From the IMG/VR virus record IMGVR_UViG_3300021185_002720, positions 1 to 64,000 of that record: a stretch of DNA of 64,000 nucleotides. One strand, given 5' to 3'. The translations under genes were made by a program, and so were the position numbers. This document shows positions 7,987 through 16,965 of this stretch, piece by piece. How positions within the stretch are numbered: position 1 is the first letter of the stretch; each line of letters opens with the position of its first letter. The stretch is from a virus. The notes under the pieces are model-generated. The model worked only from the letters and a program-made list of their open reading frames with translations. It was not told the DNA's origin and searched no databases.

Positions 7987-8506
7987 ACAACTATCACTAT
8001 TTCCAAACGATGCAGATAATTACTGGGTTAACGATTACGTACCCTTTGTTACTGAAGTAGAGACATTTAACGAAACATTTGGAAAACCAAACAATTATGA
8101 ACCGACTATACCAGAAAAAAAAGAGTGGCAATTCGTCTACGATTTTATCCTTGAAGAACTCGAAGAATATAGAGAAGCTTGCGAAAGGGGCGACATTGTG
8201 GAAGTTTTGGACGCTTTGTGCGACATTGCTTATGTTTCCCTTGGGAACGGTACTATGTTACACGGCCTTAAAGATAAGATATGGCCAGCATATCAAGAGG
8301 TACAAGCTTCTAATATGTCAAAAGCTTGTGAAACTGAAGAAGAAGCCATACAGAGTGTCAGCCAAAGAAGTAAGGAGCAAGGTGAGGCCTGTCATTTTGA
8401 GAAAGTTGCGGAGGGAAGGTATATTGTCTACCGATCCAGAGATATGAAAGTAATGAAATCTATTAATTACTTTAGACCGGACCTTAAACAGTTCTTTAAT
8501 GATTAA
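7979..8506 (+). CDS. MazG-like (all-alpha) nucleoside triphosphate pyrophosphohydrolase
   Basis: FILEELEEY...EVLDALCDIAYV...EVQASNMSK...KVMKS; N-terminal QLSLF. Confidence 0.85.
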   Translation: MGKQLSLFPNDADNYWVNDYVPFVTEVETFNETFGKPNNYEPTIPEKKEWQFVYDFILEELEEYREACERGDIVEVLDALCDIAYVSLGNGTMLHGLKDKIWPAYQEVQASNMSKACETEEEAIQSVSQRSKEQGEACHFEKVAEGRYIVYRSRDMKVMKSINYFRPDLKQFFND

Positions 8507-8714
8507 TTTAGAAAAACATAAAGTTACTATTGACGGCGAGGACTACTTACCGTATAATATAGTTAAAAAAGCATATTCTGAAATTTATGAATATGATAAG
8601 AATCAAAAGAAACTTGATCATGCATTAGAACTTATTGATAACTCAGTAAGAACTATGTCAACACTTTTAAATACTACAAATATAGATGATAAAGATAGCA
8701 CACGAGAGCCCTAA
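8499..8714 (+). CDS. hypothetical protein
   Basis: ORF overlapping both neighbours; no motif recognised. Confidence 0.6.
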   Translation: MINLEKHKVTIDGEDYLPYNIVKKAYSEIYEYDKNQKKLDHALELIDNSVRTMSTLLNTTNIDDKDSTREP

Positions 8715-9489
8715 AGGTATTTTTGAAGAAGTACAAAGATTTACAGATTACGATTATGCATTAGTACACTTGTTTGAAGAAGATGAAGAATACTTACGTC
8801 AATTTAAACAAGCAGCGCTAAAAGGTAGAGAAATAATTTTAGATAACTCTATTTTTGAATTAGAAGAGGCTTTCGATGCAGATAAATTTAACAAGTGGGT
8901 TAACGAACTTAAACCTACATGGTATATAGTTCCTGATGCTTTGGAAGATGCTACTAAAACTTGCGATCAAATGGAAGACTGGAATAATAAAGGTCTTGGT
9001 TATAAAGGTAGTGGTAAGATAGGAGTAGTTCAAGGTAAAACTTATGATGAAATAGTAGATTGTTATAACTATATGAATAAATCAGCAGATGTAGACATGA
9101 TTGCTATCTCTTTTGATTATTCGTATTATACACATTCTGTTCCTCATGCTAACAAGTATGTTAGCTGGATGCTAGGACGTGTTAAGCTACTAGGAGACTT
9201 ACTTAGAGACGGTGTAATAAATACTACAAAGCCTCATCACTTACTAGGTTGTAGTTTACCTCAAGAATTTAGTTTCTATAAGCATTCCGATTACGATTGG
9301 ATATATTCACTTGATACTTCAAATCCTGTTGTACACGGTATTAAAGGTATAACATATAGTTCAGATGGACTATGGTCTAAAGAAAGACAGAAGTTACATG
9401 AATTAATAAATTCAGATATTGACGAGCATCAGTTAGGAACTATTAGAAATAATATTCAAAAATTTAAATGGTACACAAATGGGAACTAA
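8686..9489 (+). CDS. dpdA: divergent DpdA / tRNA-guanine-transglycosylase-like TIM barrel (putative DNA 7-deazaguanine transglycosylase)
   Basis: IILDNSIFE, IVPD, GVVQG, HHLLGC, SLDTS align with TGT/DpdA motifs (DSG, QG, HxLG, DS); lies within the que cluster. Confidence 0.7.
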   Translation: MIKIAHESPKGIFEEVQRFTDYDYALVHLFEEDEEYLRQFKQAALKGREIILDNSIFELEEAFDADKFNKWVNELKPTWYIVPDALEDATKTCDQMEDWNNKGLGYKGSGKIGVVQGKTYDEIVDCYNYMNKSADVDMIAISFDYSYYTHSVPHANKYVSWMLGRVKLLGDLLRDGVINTTKPHHLLGCSLPQEFSFYKHSDYDWIYSLDTSNPVVHGIKGITYSSDGLWSKERQKLHELINSDIDEHQLGTIRNNIQKFKWYTNGN

Positions 9490-10015
9490 AGTATGGATAG
9501 CATTTTTTAGTCAGACAGGTGCTGAAATAGCTGATATAGCAGAATCACTAGGTAGATGGCCAGATAGGATAATTACTAATGATAGACCTGAACATCTTAG
9601 AACTATTGATGAAAGAATAGAAAAGAAAGGTTACTTCACTATGAGTAATAAACCCTCGTTAGATGAATATGAAGATACCTTAGTATACTTTCCAGAAGCA
9701 TTGGTCACTTTACATGGATGGCTTAGAATAATGCCTCCTGAGATTTGTGAAAGATTTAATATAATTAATGGTCACCCAGGCCTTATAACCGAGTATCCAG
9801 AGCTTAAAGGTAAAGATCCTCAAATAAGAGCTTTTGAAGGAAAGTACCCAGTTGTTGGCACAGTATTACATAGAGTAGTAGCAGGTGTAGATGAAGGAAA
9901 AGTAATTTCTGAAGAGAGATTTAATAATTTTAATTTGGAGCTTAATGATTTATTTCGTATCTTAAGAGATAGAGGGTTATATATGTGGTGTAACTTCCTA
10001 AAAACGGTTTTATGA
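9479..10015 (+). CDS. dpdN: PurN-like formyltransferase (putative preQ1 formyltransferase, DpdN-like)
   Basis: FFSQTG, LHGWLRIM, INGHPG, ELKGKDP, GTVLHRVVAGVDEG = GAR transformylase motifs; adjacent to the dpdA-like gene. Confidence 0.75.
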   Translation: MGTKVWIAFFSQTGAEIADIAESLGRWPDRIITNDRPEHLRTIDERIEKKGYFTMSNKPSLDEYEDTLVYFPEALVTLHGWLRIMPPEICERFNIINGHPGLITEYPELKGKDPQIRAFEGKYPVVGTVLHRVVAGVDEGKVISEERFNNFNLELNDLFRILRDRGLYMWCNFLKTVL

Positions 10016-10533
10016 TAAAAAGAATAGCATTAGTAGGAGCAAGTAGTACAGGTAAGACTACTGTTTATGAACTACTTAAAAATAAATTACCTAAGTATGA
10101 GTTTGTTAATGAATCTACTAGAACAGTAGGTAGTTACGGATTTCCTATTAATGAAGAAGGAACCGATGCTACTCAATTAGCTATTAGTAGTTTTCATTTG
10201 GAAGCTTTACTTCAACCTTATAACTTAGTATTAGATAGATGTTATATGGATGTTTTAGTTTACTCTAGATTTATGAAAGGAGTAACTACATATACGAACG
10301 ATTATATAGAAGATACTTGGAATAGAATAAAGAGCGAATATACTCATTATGTTTACTTCCCTATTGAATTCGATTCAGTAGACGATGGAGTTAGAAGTGT
10401 AGATGAACAATGGAGAAAGGAAATAGATAGTGAGTTTAAAGCTGTTCTTGAAGGTGTACGTCAACCTTATTTGACGATAACTGGTTCCCCTATGCAAAGG
10501 GTAGAACAAATTTTAGATTTTATAAATGTTTAG
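10012..10533 (+). CDS. P-loop nucleotide kinase-like ATPase (AAA_28/NadR-type)
   Basis: GASSTGKTT, VLDRCYMD, DDGVR. Confidence 0.8.
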   Translation: MIKRIALVGASSTGKTTVYELLKNKLPKYEFVNESTRTVGSYGFPINEEGTDATQLAISSFHLEALLQPYNLVLDRCYMDVLVYSRFMKGVTTYTNDYIEDTWNRIKSEYTHYVYFPIEFDSVDDGVRSVDEQWRKEIDSEFKAVLEGVRQPYLTITGSPMQRVEQILDFINV

Positions 10534-10897
10534 ATACGGAGCAAAATTATTAAGAGTAGTTGATGGTGACACAGCAGATGTTATGATCGACTTAGGATTC
10601 AGTACTTGGGTTAAAGCAAGGCTTAGATTCAAAGGTGTAGATACCTGGGAAAAGAGAACTAGAAATTTAGAAGAAAAAGCTAAAGGTATATTAGCTTCTG
10701 AATTTACAAAAAAACACTTAGAGCTAAATGATGGTAAGTTTATCATTCAGTCCTACGGTAAAGGTAAGTATGGAAGAGTACTTGCAGAGATTTTTATTGA
10801 TCTCGATGGAGAAGAAACCTCTTTAAATAAACTATTAGTAGAAAACGGTCACGCTTATGTTTACGAAGGTGGCAAAAAACAATTATTTAAAGGATAA
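10526..10897 (+). CDS. thermonuclease (SNase) family nuclease
   Basis: RVVDGDT, RLRFKGVDTWE, GKYGRVLA, LNKLLVENGHA. Confidence 0.9.
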   Translation: MFRYGAKLLRVVDGDTADVMIDLGFSTWVKARLRFKGVDTWEKRTRNLEEKAKGILASEFTKKHLELNDGKFIIQSYGKGKYGRVLAEIFIDLDGEETSLNKLLVENGHAYVYEGGKKQLFKG

Positions 10898-10901
10898 AAA
10901 T

Positions 10902-11813
10902 ATGGCAGAAGTTAAAAATTATCAAGAAGTAGTAGACATTGCGTCTAAACACTTAGGAAAAGTAGGCGGTGATGGGTATAAAGATACCTACGCACCAGAG
11001 TTATTAGTTAAAGTACCTCGTTATTTGAATAGAGAAGGATACGGATTAACTGATAAAGATTTTGTAGGAGTAGATACTTGGAACTGTTACGAAGTATCAG
11101 CTATTACTAAAAAAGGATTACCTGTAGCAGGTATGTTAAAAATTGTATGTCCTTCAGATTCTGAATATCACGTAGAATCTAAGTCTATTAAGTTGTACCT
11201 AAATTCTTTTAATATGACTAGATTAGGAGAAACTTCTGTAGATTGTATTTTAGAGATTGAAGAAAGAGTAAAAACTGATTTAGATAAGTTACTTGAAACT
11301 AATACTACTGTAAGCTTTTACACTGATTTAGACGACGGTAAAGAATTATCTTTTGAAGGATATGAAGATTTAGGAGATATAGTAGATTTAGATCAAATAG
11401 ATTTTACAGCTTTTCAGTCTGATGCTTCTCAATTACTTATAGAAGATACCTCAGAAACCCCTAAAGAAGTAAAATTAAGATCTAACTTATTAAGATCTAA
11501 CTGTAGAGTAACTAATCAACCAGATTGGGGTGATGTATTTATTAGAATGAACGGTAAAAATTTACCTGCAGTAGATTCGGTAGCAAAATATATCGTATCT
11601 CATAGAACCGTTAGTCACTTTCATGAAGAGATTTGCGAAATGGTATTTAAGCATTTAATGGATGCATATCAACCTGATGATTTAATGGTATCATGCTTAT
11701 ATACTAGAAGAGGAGGATTAGATATAAATCCTATTAGAGCAACTCACTCAAGGTTCATTCCTGACTTCTTTACTGATACAGATTATAGAATTCAAAAAAC
11801 ATTAAGACAGTAA
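10902..11813 (+). CDS. queF: NADPH-dependent preQ0 reductase QueF (bimodular type II)
   Basis: DTWNCYEVS, VESKSIKLYLNSF (QueF motif), LRSNCRVTNQPDWG (catalytic Cys), FHEEICE, YTRRGGLDINP; likely start ATG 10902. Confidence 0.95.
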   Translation: MAEVKNYQEVVDIASKHLGKVGGDGYKDTYAPELLVKVPRYLNREGYGLTDKDFVGVDTWNCYEVSAITKKGLPVAGMLKIVCPSDSEYHVESKSIKLYLNSFNMTRLGETSVDCILEIEERVKTDLDKLLETNTTVSFYTDLDDGKELSFEGYEDLGDIVDLDQIDFTAFQSDASQLLIEDTSETPKEVKLRSNLLRSNCRVTNQPDWGDVFIRMNGKNLPAVDSVAKYIVSHRTVSHFHEEICEMVFKHLMDAYQPDDLMVSCLYTRRGGLDINPIRATHSRFIPDFFTDTDYRIQKTLRQ

Positions 11814-12073
11814 TGGCTGAAATTATAATTGAAGAAGAAAAAGAGTTAATTGCTAAAAGAAAAGCACCCGGTGATAATTGGATTCTGGAAAGAGATCAAT
11901 CTACCGTTGTAGAGGGATTGGTTATGGCATTAACTATGTACATGAGAGCAACTAAATTCAAAGGTGAATACAGATTAGCTCCTTTAGACGGTAAACTTTA
12001 TGCTATTAAAAAACATGAAATTGAAATCGAAGAAGAAGAACCAATGAAATTTGACCTGTACGGGGAATACTAA
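11813..12073 (+). CDS. hypothetical protein
   Basis: Translationally coupled ORF; no motif recognised. Confidence 0.7.
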   Translation: MAEIIIEEEKELIAKRKAPGDNWILERDQSTVVEGLVMALTMYMRATKFKGEYRLAPLDGKLYAIKKHEIEIEEEEPMKFDLYGEY

Positions 12074-12651
12074 TGTCCAGACTGTTAAAGAAGTACTCAC
12101 TTAAATACCAATACTTACAACTTGAATTAGAAGATACTCAAGAAGAGTATGATTTACAAGAAGTAGAGTGGAAAGAGATATTTGGAAAGTACTTTAATAA
12201 CATTAAAACTGAAATGTGGGTTAATCAAGAAACTGGAGAGATGCGAGATAAACCTCCCGGTGAAGAAGAAAAAAAGAAGTCGAAAGAGAAAGCATCTAAA
12301 GTAAAGAAACTGTATCGTTCGGCTTCTAAAATAGCCCATCCAGACAGAGGAGGAAGTGAAGAGGAATTTAACAACTTAAAAAACTGTTATGAAAGTAACG
12401 ACTTATTAGGGCTCATATCCTATGCTTCTGAAAAAGATATTCCTTTTGAAGTTGAGGAAGAAGATAGAGAGTTATTAGAATTAAGTTGTAAATCTGTACA
12501 AGGAAATATTCGTAAACTTCGTACATCATTAATTTGGAATTTTTTTAACGGTGATACCCAAATGAAAACTAGGGTTATTGCTCAATTAGAATTAGAGCAT
12601 AAAATTAAGATAGACTCTGCAGAGATACTCAAGGAACTTTCTAACAAATAA
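12073..12651 (+). CDS. J-domain-containing protein
   Basis: VKKLYRSASKIAHPDRGGSEEEFNNL (HPD motif) after a coiled coil. Confidence 0.75.
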   Translation: MSRLLKKYSLKYQYLQLELEDTQEEYDLQEVEWKEIFGKYFNNIKTEMWVNQETGEMRDKPPGEEEKKKSKEKASKVKKLYRSASKIAHPDRGGSEEEFNNLKNCYESNDLLGLISYASEKDIPFEVEEEDRELLELSCKSVQGNIRKLRTSLIWNFFNGDTQMKTRVIAQLELEHKIKIDSAEILKELSNK

Positions 12652-12684
12652 GTTGCTTCCCTGCATATTTTTTCTTATATTTAG
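12651..12684 (+). promoter_or_regulatory. Bacteroidota-type promoter, TCCCTGC-spacer subtype
   Basis: AGTTGCTTCCCTGCATATTTTTTCTTATATTTAG; near-identical to 53803 and 62952. Confidence 0.8.
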
Positions 12685-12711
12685 TTATAAATAATTAGTA
12701 AAATAAAGGTT

Positions 12712-13188
12712 ATGGCGTATTACAATAATTACGAAGACGAGCGAAGACAGAAAGCTTGGTTGGTCGATTTCATTCTAAAGATTACCAATAGAGAAAATGA
12801 CGAAATACTTTCTAAAGTACTTTGGGATGTAGAAGTAGGAACATTAGCTGAAATGTTCTTTAAAAGAAAGTATAATTTACTTTCCAGCCTTACAGGTGAT
12901 TATGAAGATTTTGCAAATGGTGATGATTCTAAAACGGGTACTGATCAAGATTATCAGGAGACCCATAATATGTTCCCATCTTCATATAGAATATTTTTTA
13001 GAAAATGTGGGAAAAAACACGGTGATATCAGAGGATTAGCTTTTAATAGAAGAGCAAACAGAATTGATGAATTTCATGTACCAAAAGGTTGTTTTCCTGA
13101 TAATATTTCCATATCTTATAAGAAAGGAAGTAATGAAGTGTTTGGTAAATATAAAGATAATTTAGTAAGAAGTTATATATGGGAATAG
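12712..13188 (+). CDS. hypothetical protein (weak nuclease-like acidic/Lys motif)
   Basis: Own promoter and AAAATAAAGGTTATG start context; EDFANGDDSKT is only suggestive. Confidence 0.65.
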   Translation: MAYYNNYEDERRQKAWLVDFILKITNRENDEILSKVLWDVEVGTLAEMFFKRKYNLLSSLTGDYEDFANGDDSKTGTDQDYQETHNMFPSSYRIFFRKCGKKHGDIRGLAFNRRANRIDEFHVPKGCFPDNISISYKKGSNEVFGKYKDNLVRSYIWE

Positions 13189-15566
13189 AAAAAAAGTATT
13201 ATACAGTCCAAGACTCAGAGACTTTAAAGTTAATGTTTCAACACATACAAGAGTCAGAAGTGATAGCAGTCGATACTGAAACGACTGGACTTAATCCTAG
13301 GAAAGATAAAATTATTGGATGGTCTATATCCGGTGATGAAGGTATAGGTTTTTACCTACCTACTTTAGTATTTGATTATGAGAAAGATGAGTTAGTTCTT
13401 CAAACTATTGATGATACTTCTACAGAGCTTTTATCAAGAAACCTACTTAAAGGGTTACTAGGAAAAAAACTTGTATTCCATAACGCTTCGTTTGACGTTC
13501 AGTTTATTAAAAATTACTTCGGTGTAGACTTACTTCCTGACGTATGGGTTGATACTGGACTACTTGTTCATACTGTTTATGAAGAAGGTGCTTTTGGTTT
13601 CGGTAATCCTTTTGGACTAAAGTCCATAGCGATAATGAACCAAAAGGCTCTAGGGCTTGATGTAGAAAAAGCTGCTAATGAAGAACAAGTTGAACTAAAA
13701 GAAAGTATTAAAAAGAATGGAGGATCCGTCACTAAAGAAAGCTTTCAGATCTATAAAGCTGATCTGGATATTCTTAGTAAGTATGCTTCTGCTGATACCG
13801 ACCTTACTCTACGTATATGTAATTTATACTTGGGAAAACTTAAAGAGGAAGGATTAGAGAAGTTTTTCTTTGAAGATGAGGTTATGCCTATCTACAGAGA
13901 AGTAACTGTGCCTATGGAAGCACAGGGAGTAGATTTAGATGTAGAGTTAATTGAAAGGATACATACTGAAATTACTGAAGATCAAGCTAAAAATAAAGAG
14001 ATAGTAATGAAATCTTTACTTGACGTACCTGAGGTTAAAGCCTGGGTAGTAGATACTGCTACAGATGCTTATCCTCCGTCTCATAAAGGTAACTTTGCTC
14101 AACGACTAGTACAGCGTTATTCTCTTCCTTTACCTAAATCTGATAAAACTGGTAAGTACTCTCTTACTCAGAAGAATATAGAAGAGTTAGAGGATTCTAA
14201 GATTAAGGAATTCTTACTTACAGGTGATTTAGAGTTAATAAACGAAGTAGAGAGAGCTAGGATATCTATGTCGCTATGGAAAGAGTCTAATGACGGTGAA
14301 TACCTTAATATACAGTCTAAGAAACACTTAGGTGAGATTGTATTTAAGTACATGGGAATTAAACCTAAAGTATCAGGAGCTAATACTAAATCTGGTAGAG
14401 ATAAATTTGATATGTCTATGGTAGAAGAGCTAGCAAAGACGTACCCTTGGGCTGAGAACTTACGTATATATAATAAGTTACTTAAGATAAAATCTACTTA
14501 CGTAGACAGGTTTAGAGACCGTCAGGAAGACGGTAGATACTATTTCTACTTCAAGCAAAATGGTACTGTATCTGGTCGATACGGTTCTGATGCTCAACAG
14601 TTACCGAAGCCCCTAGAAGAAGGAGAAGATGCTCCTGTAATCATGAAGTATGTGAATATAGTTAGAGAGTTCTTAGTTGCCGGACCTGGTAGAAAGGTTA
14701 TTGATGCGGATTACGAATCTCTAGAACCTCACTGCTTTGCTAGCGTTACAGGAGATAAAGCTCTTCAAGAGATCTTTAATAAAGGATGGGACTTCTATTC
14801 TACTGTAGCTATAAAAACTGAGAAGCTAAACGAGCAAAGAGATAGATTCCCTAACGGAGTCTCAGCTGATAAAAAAGCTGATAACTACCTTAAGAAGTTA
14901 GAACCTGTTGCTCGTAATAAAGCTAAAGCTTACTCATTAGGTATTGCATACGGTATGGAAGCATATGCTCTTAAAATGACTTTAGATGTAGATCAAAAGA
15001 CTGCTGAAGGACTTATTAAAGGTTACTTAGATGGTTTTCCTGAACTAGCAGCATGGAGAGAAAGATCAAGAGAAATGGTTAAGGCTTACGGTAAGATAGA
15101 AAACTATGTAGGACGTGTACGTCACTTACCTAAAGTTAAACGTATATATGAGCAGGTTGGAGATCGTATGATGGATTGGAGATATAGAAAGCAACTAGAA
15201 ACTCAGATACCTACTAAAACTAATCCAAAGACTGGTAAAATAATATCTCCTAGAGATCAAGTAACTCAAGCGTATAGAGATTATCGTAACGGACTTAATA
15301 ACTGTCTTAACTTTCAATTGCAGTCATTAGCAGCTGCAGTAGTGAATAGAGCAGCTCTTGTTATTAACCGTAAAGCTAAAGAGTTAGGTATCGATGCTAT
15401 ATGCCAGGCACAGGTTCATGATCAATTGATAATTAACGTAGCTGAAAAAGATGCTGAAAGATTTGCTCCTTACGTTCAAGAGATAATGGAGAATACAACT
15501 AAACTACCTGGAGTAACTTTGAAAGCTCCACCAGAGATTGCTAATAATTGGTCAGAAGGACATTAA
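13179..15566 (+). CDS. polA: family A DNA polymerase (3'-5' exonuclease + polymerase, no 5'-3' exonuclease)
   Basis: Exo I VDTETTG, Exo II FHNASFD, Exo III YASADT; TVSGRYGS; motif A DADYESLE, motif B RNKAKAYSLGIAYG, motif C QVHDQL. Confidence 0.96.
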   Translation: MGIEKKYYTVQDSETLKLMFQHIQESEVIAVDTETTGLNPRKDKIIGWSISGDEGIGFYLPTLVFDYEKDELVLQTIDDTSTELLSRNLLKGLLGKKLVFHNASFDVQFIKNYFGVDLLPDVWVDTGLLVHTVYEEGAFGFGNPFGLKSIAIMNQKALGLDVEKAANEEQVELKESIKKNGGSVTKESFQIYKADLDILSKYASADTDLTLRICNLYLGKLKEEGLEKFFFEDEVMPIYREVTVPMEAQGVDLDVELIERIHTEITEDQAKNKEIVMKSLLDVPEVKAWVVDTATDAYPPSHKGNFAQRLVQRYSLPLPKSDKTGKYSLTQKNIEELEDSKIKEFLLTGDLELINEVERARISMSLWKESNDGEYLNIQSKKHLGEIVFKYMGIKPKVSGANTKSGRDKFDMSMVEELAKTYPWAENLRIYNKLLKIKSTYVDRFRDRQEDGRYYFYFKQNGTVSGRYGSDAQQLPKPLEEGEDAPVIMKYVNIVREFLVAGPGRKVIDADYESLEPHCFASVTGDKALQEIFNKGWDFYSTVAIKTEKLNEQRDRFPNGVSADKKADNYLKKLEPVARNKAKAYSLGIAYGMEAYALKMTLDVDQKTAEGLIKGYLDGFPELAAWRERSREMVKAYGKIENYVGRVRHLPKVKRIYEQVGDRMMDWRYRKQLETQIPTKTNPKTGKIISPRDQVTQAYRDYRNGLNNCLNFQLQSLAAAVVNRAALVINRKAKELGIDAICQAQVHDQLIINVAEKDAERFAPYVQEIMENTTKLPGVTLKAPPEIANNWSEGH

Positions 15567-16096
15567 TGGAAGGTATACTTATTATATCAGGTCCTAGAAC
15601 TGGCAGTACTTATCTCGGTAACGAATTAAGTAAAAATTATGACTTTAAGTTCATTAGTGAACCAAGAGAGATAAAACATTTAAAGAAGGCTAAATGTATT
15701 AAATTAATACCTTTCAAAACTGTTGATTATACGTTAGATGATATAGTAGATTTTAGTAAGCGGTTTAGTAATATTATTTTACTACAACGTAAAGATAAAA
15801 TTGCTCAAGCAGAATCTTGGCAAGCGCTACACGGAATGAAATACCTAAAACAAGGAGATCATTTGAAATGGCAAGCAGGAACTATAGAACCTAAATACCC
15901 TTTAGAGTTTTATGTTGATAAAGTAAAGTACTTAGATGAGAAAATAGAATGGTTATCGGAAAAACTAAATATTCCAATCTCATTTTATGAGGATATATTC
16001 TATAAAGGTAAAGTACCTTACGATTTAATTTTTAAACCAGATCTAAGTAAGAGACTTAGACAAGAACAGAAAAAGAAAAAACAACGATATTTATAA
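15566..16096 (+). CDS. sulfotransferase-like P-loop protein
   Basis: ISGPRTGSTYL, SEP, LQRKDKIAQAES, FYEDIF; paralogue of 664..1317; start ATG 15566. Confidence 0.7.
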   Translation: MEGILIISGPRTGSTYLGNELSKNYDFKFISEPREIKHLKKAKCIKLIPFKTVDYTLDDIVDFSKRFSNIILLQRKDKIAQAESWQALHGMKYLKQGDHLKWQAGTIEPKYPLEFYVDKVKYLDEKIEWLSEKLNIPISFYEDIFYKGKVPYDLIFKPDLSKRLRQEQKKKKQRYL

Positions 16097-16103
16097 TAAA
16101 TGA

Positions 16104-16617
16104 GAAACAGCCCAGAGCGTTTTAATTTTTTTTTAACCCGACGATCTTAGGACGTCACAAATTTAAATGATATGAGTACATTAAGAAATGTAATATATGA
16201 ACGTAATCCGTTCGACATCTTAGTCAGGAACTTCCTGCAAACAGCTAACAGGTACCAACCCTTAGCAGAATCCAAATTACCTCACCCAGTAGATATTTAC
16301 GAAAGAGACAACGGTCTAGGCCTCGATATAGCTTGTACCGGAATTTCTAAAGAAGATATCCAAATCCTCGTTGAGGGTAATATAATCAGAGTAAATTACG
16401 ATAAACCAAAAGAAGAAGACTTAGGCGAATATATCCATAGGGGTATTGCTAAAAGATCATTCAACTTAGGTTGGAAAATAGATAGTAAGTTTGATTTAGG
16501 CAAAGCTTCGGCTGAGTTTATAAACGGACTATTGCAAGTTACTATACCTTTTGCTAAAGGTTCAGAGCCAAAAACTTTGAAAATTAGCTAAATAAACCAG
16601 CTCTGGGTTTGTTTTTC
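16104..16617 (+). other. long-range inverted repeat bracketing hsp20
   Basis: GAAACAGCCCAGAGC (16104-16118) pairs with GCTCTGGGTTTGTTTTTC (16600-16617): 8 perfect bp plus a G:U/bulged extension. Confidence 0.55.
16172..16591 (+). CDS. small heat shock protein Hsp20
   Basis: PVDIYE, IACTGISKEDIQI, YIHRGIAKRSF, AEFINGLLQVTIP. Confidence 0.95.
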   Translation: MSTLRNVIYERNPFDILVRNFLQTANRYQPLAESKLPHPVDIYERDNGLGLDIACTGISKEDIQILVEGNIIRVNYDKPKEEDLGEYIHRGIAKRSFNLGWKIDSKFDLGKASAEFINGLLQVTIPFAKGSEPKTLKIS

Positions 16618-16638
16618 AAATAAAAGTTCTTATATTAA
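16608..16638 (+). promoter_or_regulatory. Bacteroidota-type promoter upstream of groES
   Basis: TTTG-N16-TCTTATATTA (spacing 1 nt shorter than the consensus). Confidence 0.55.
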
Positions 16639-16655
16639 TATAAATAAAAAGATTT

Positions 16656-16964
16656 ATGTCAAAACAGTTATTACCAACAAATGATAGAATACTCCTTAAG
16701 CCGATCGACGAAGGAGAACAAACTTACGGAAATATTGTCATACCGGATATGGGTAAAGAAAAACCTGAAATGGGTGAAGTATTGGCCATTGGTCCAGGAA
16801 GACAATCCGAATTAGATCCACAAAAAGTTATTAGCGTTAGATCCTGTAAAGTAGGTGACGTAGTTTTAGTACCTAAAATTGGTACATTACGTATTGACTT
16901 TGAAGGAGATGAATACTACATCGCACAAGATAGAGAAATTTTAGCAGTTATAAAAGAAGCATAA
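16656..16964 (+). CDS. groES: co-chaperonin GroES
   Basis: LLPTNDRILLK, GNIVIPD, GEVLAIGPG, KVGDVVL, REILAVI. Confidence 0.95.
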   Translation: MSKQLLPTNDRILLKPIDEGEQTYGNIVIPDMGKEKPEMGEVLAIGPGRQSELDPQKVISVRSCKVGDVVLVPKIGTLRIDFEGDEYYIAQDREILAVIKEA

Positions 16965-16965
16965 T

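Noticed and set aside
8079-8447. 122-aa alternative-frame ORF inside the MazG-like gene
   Set aside because: Fully nested, TTG start, no recognisable motif; the MazG frame explains the sequence.
16590-16660. CIRCE/HrcA operator before groES
   Set aside because: No TTAGCACTC-N9-GAGTGCTAA match.
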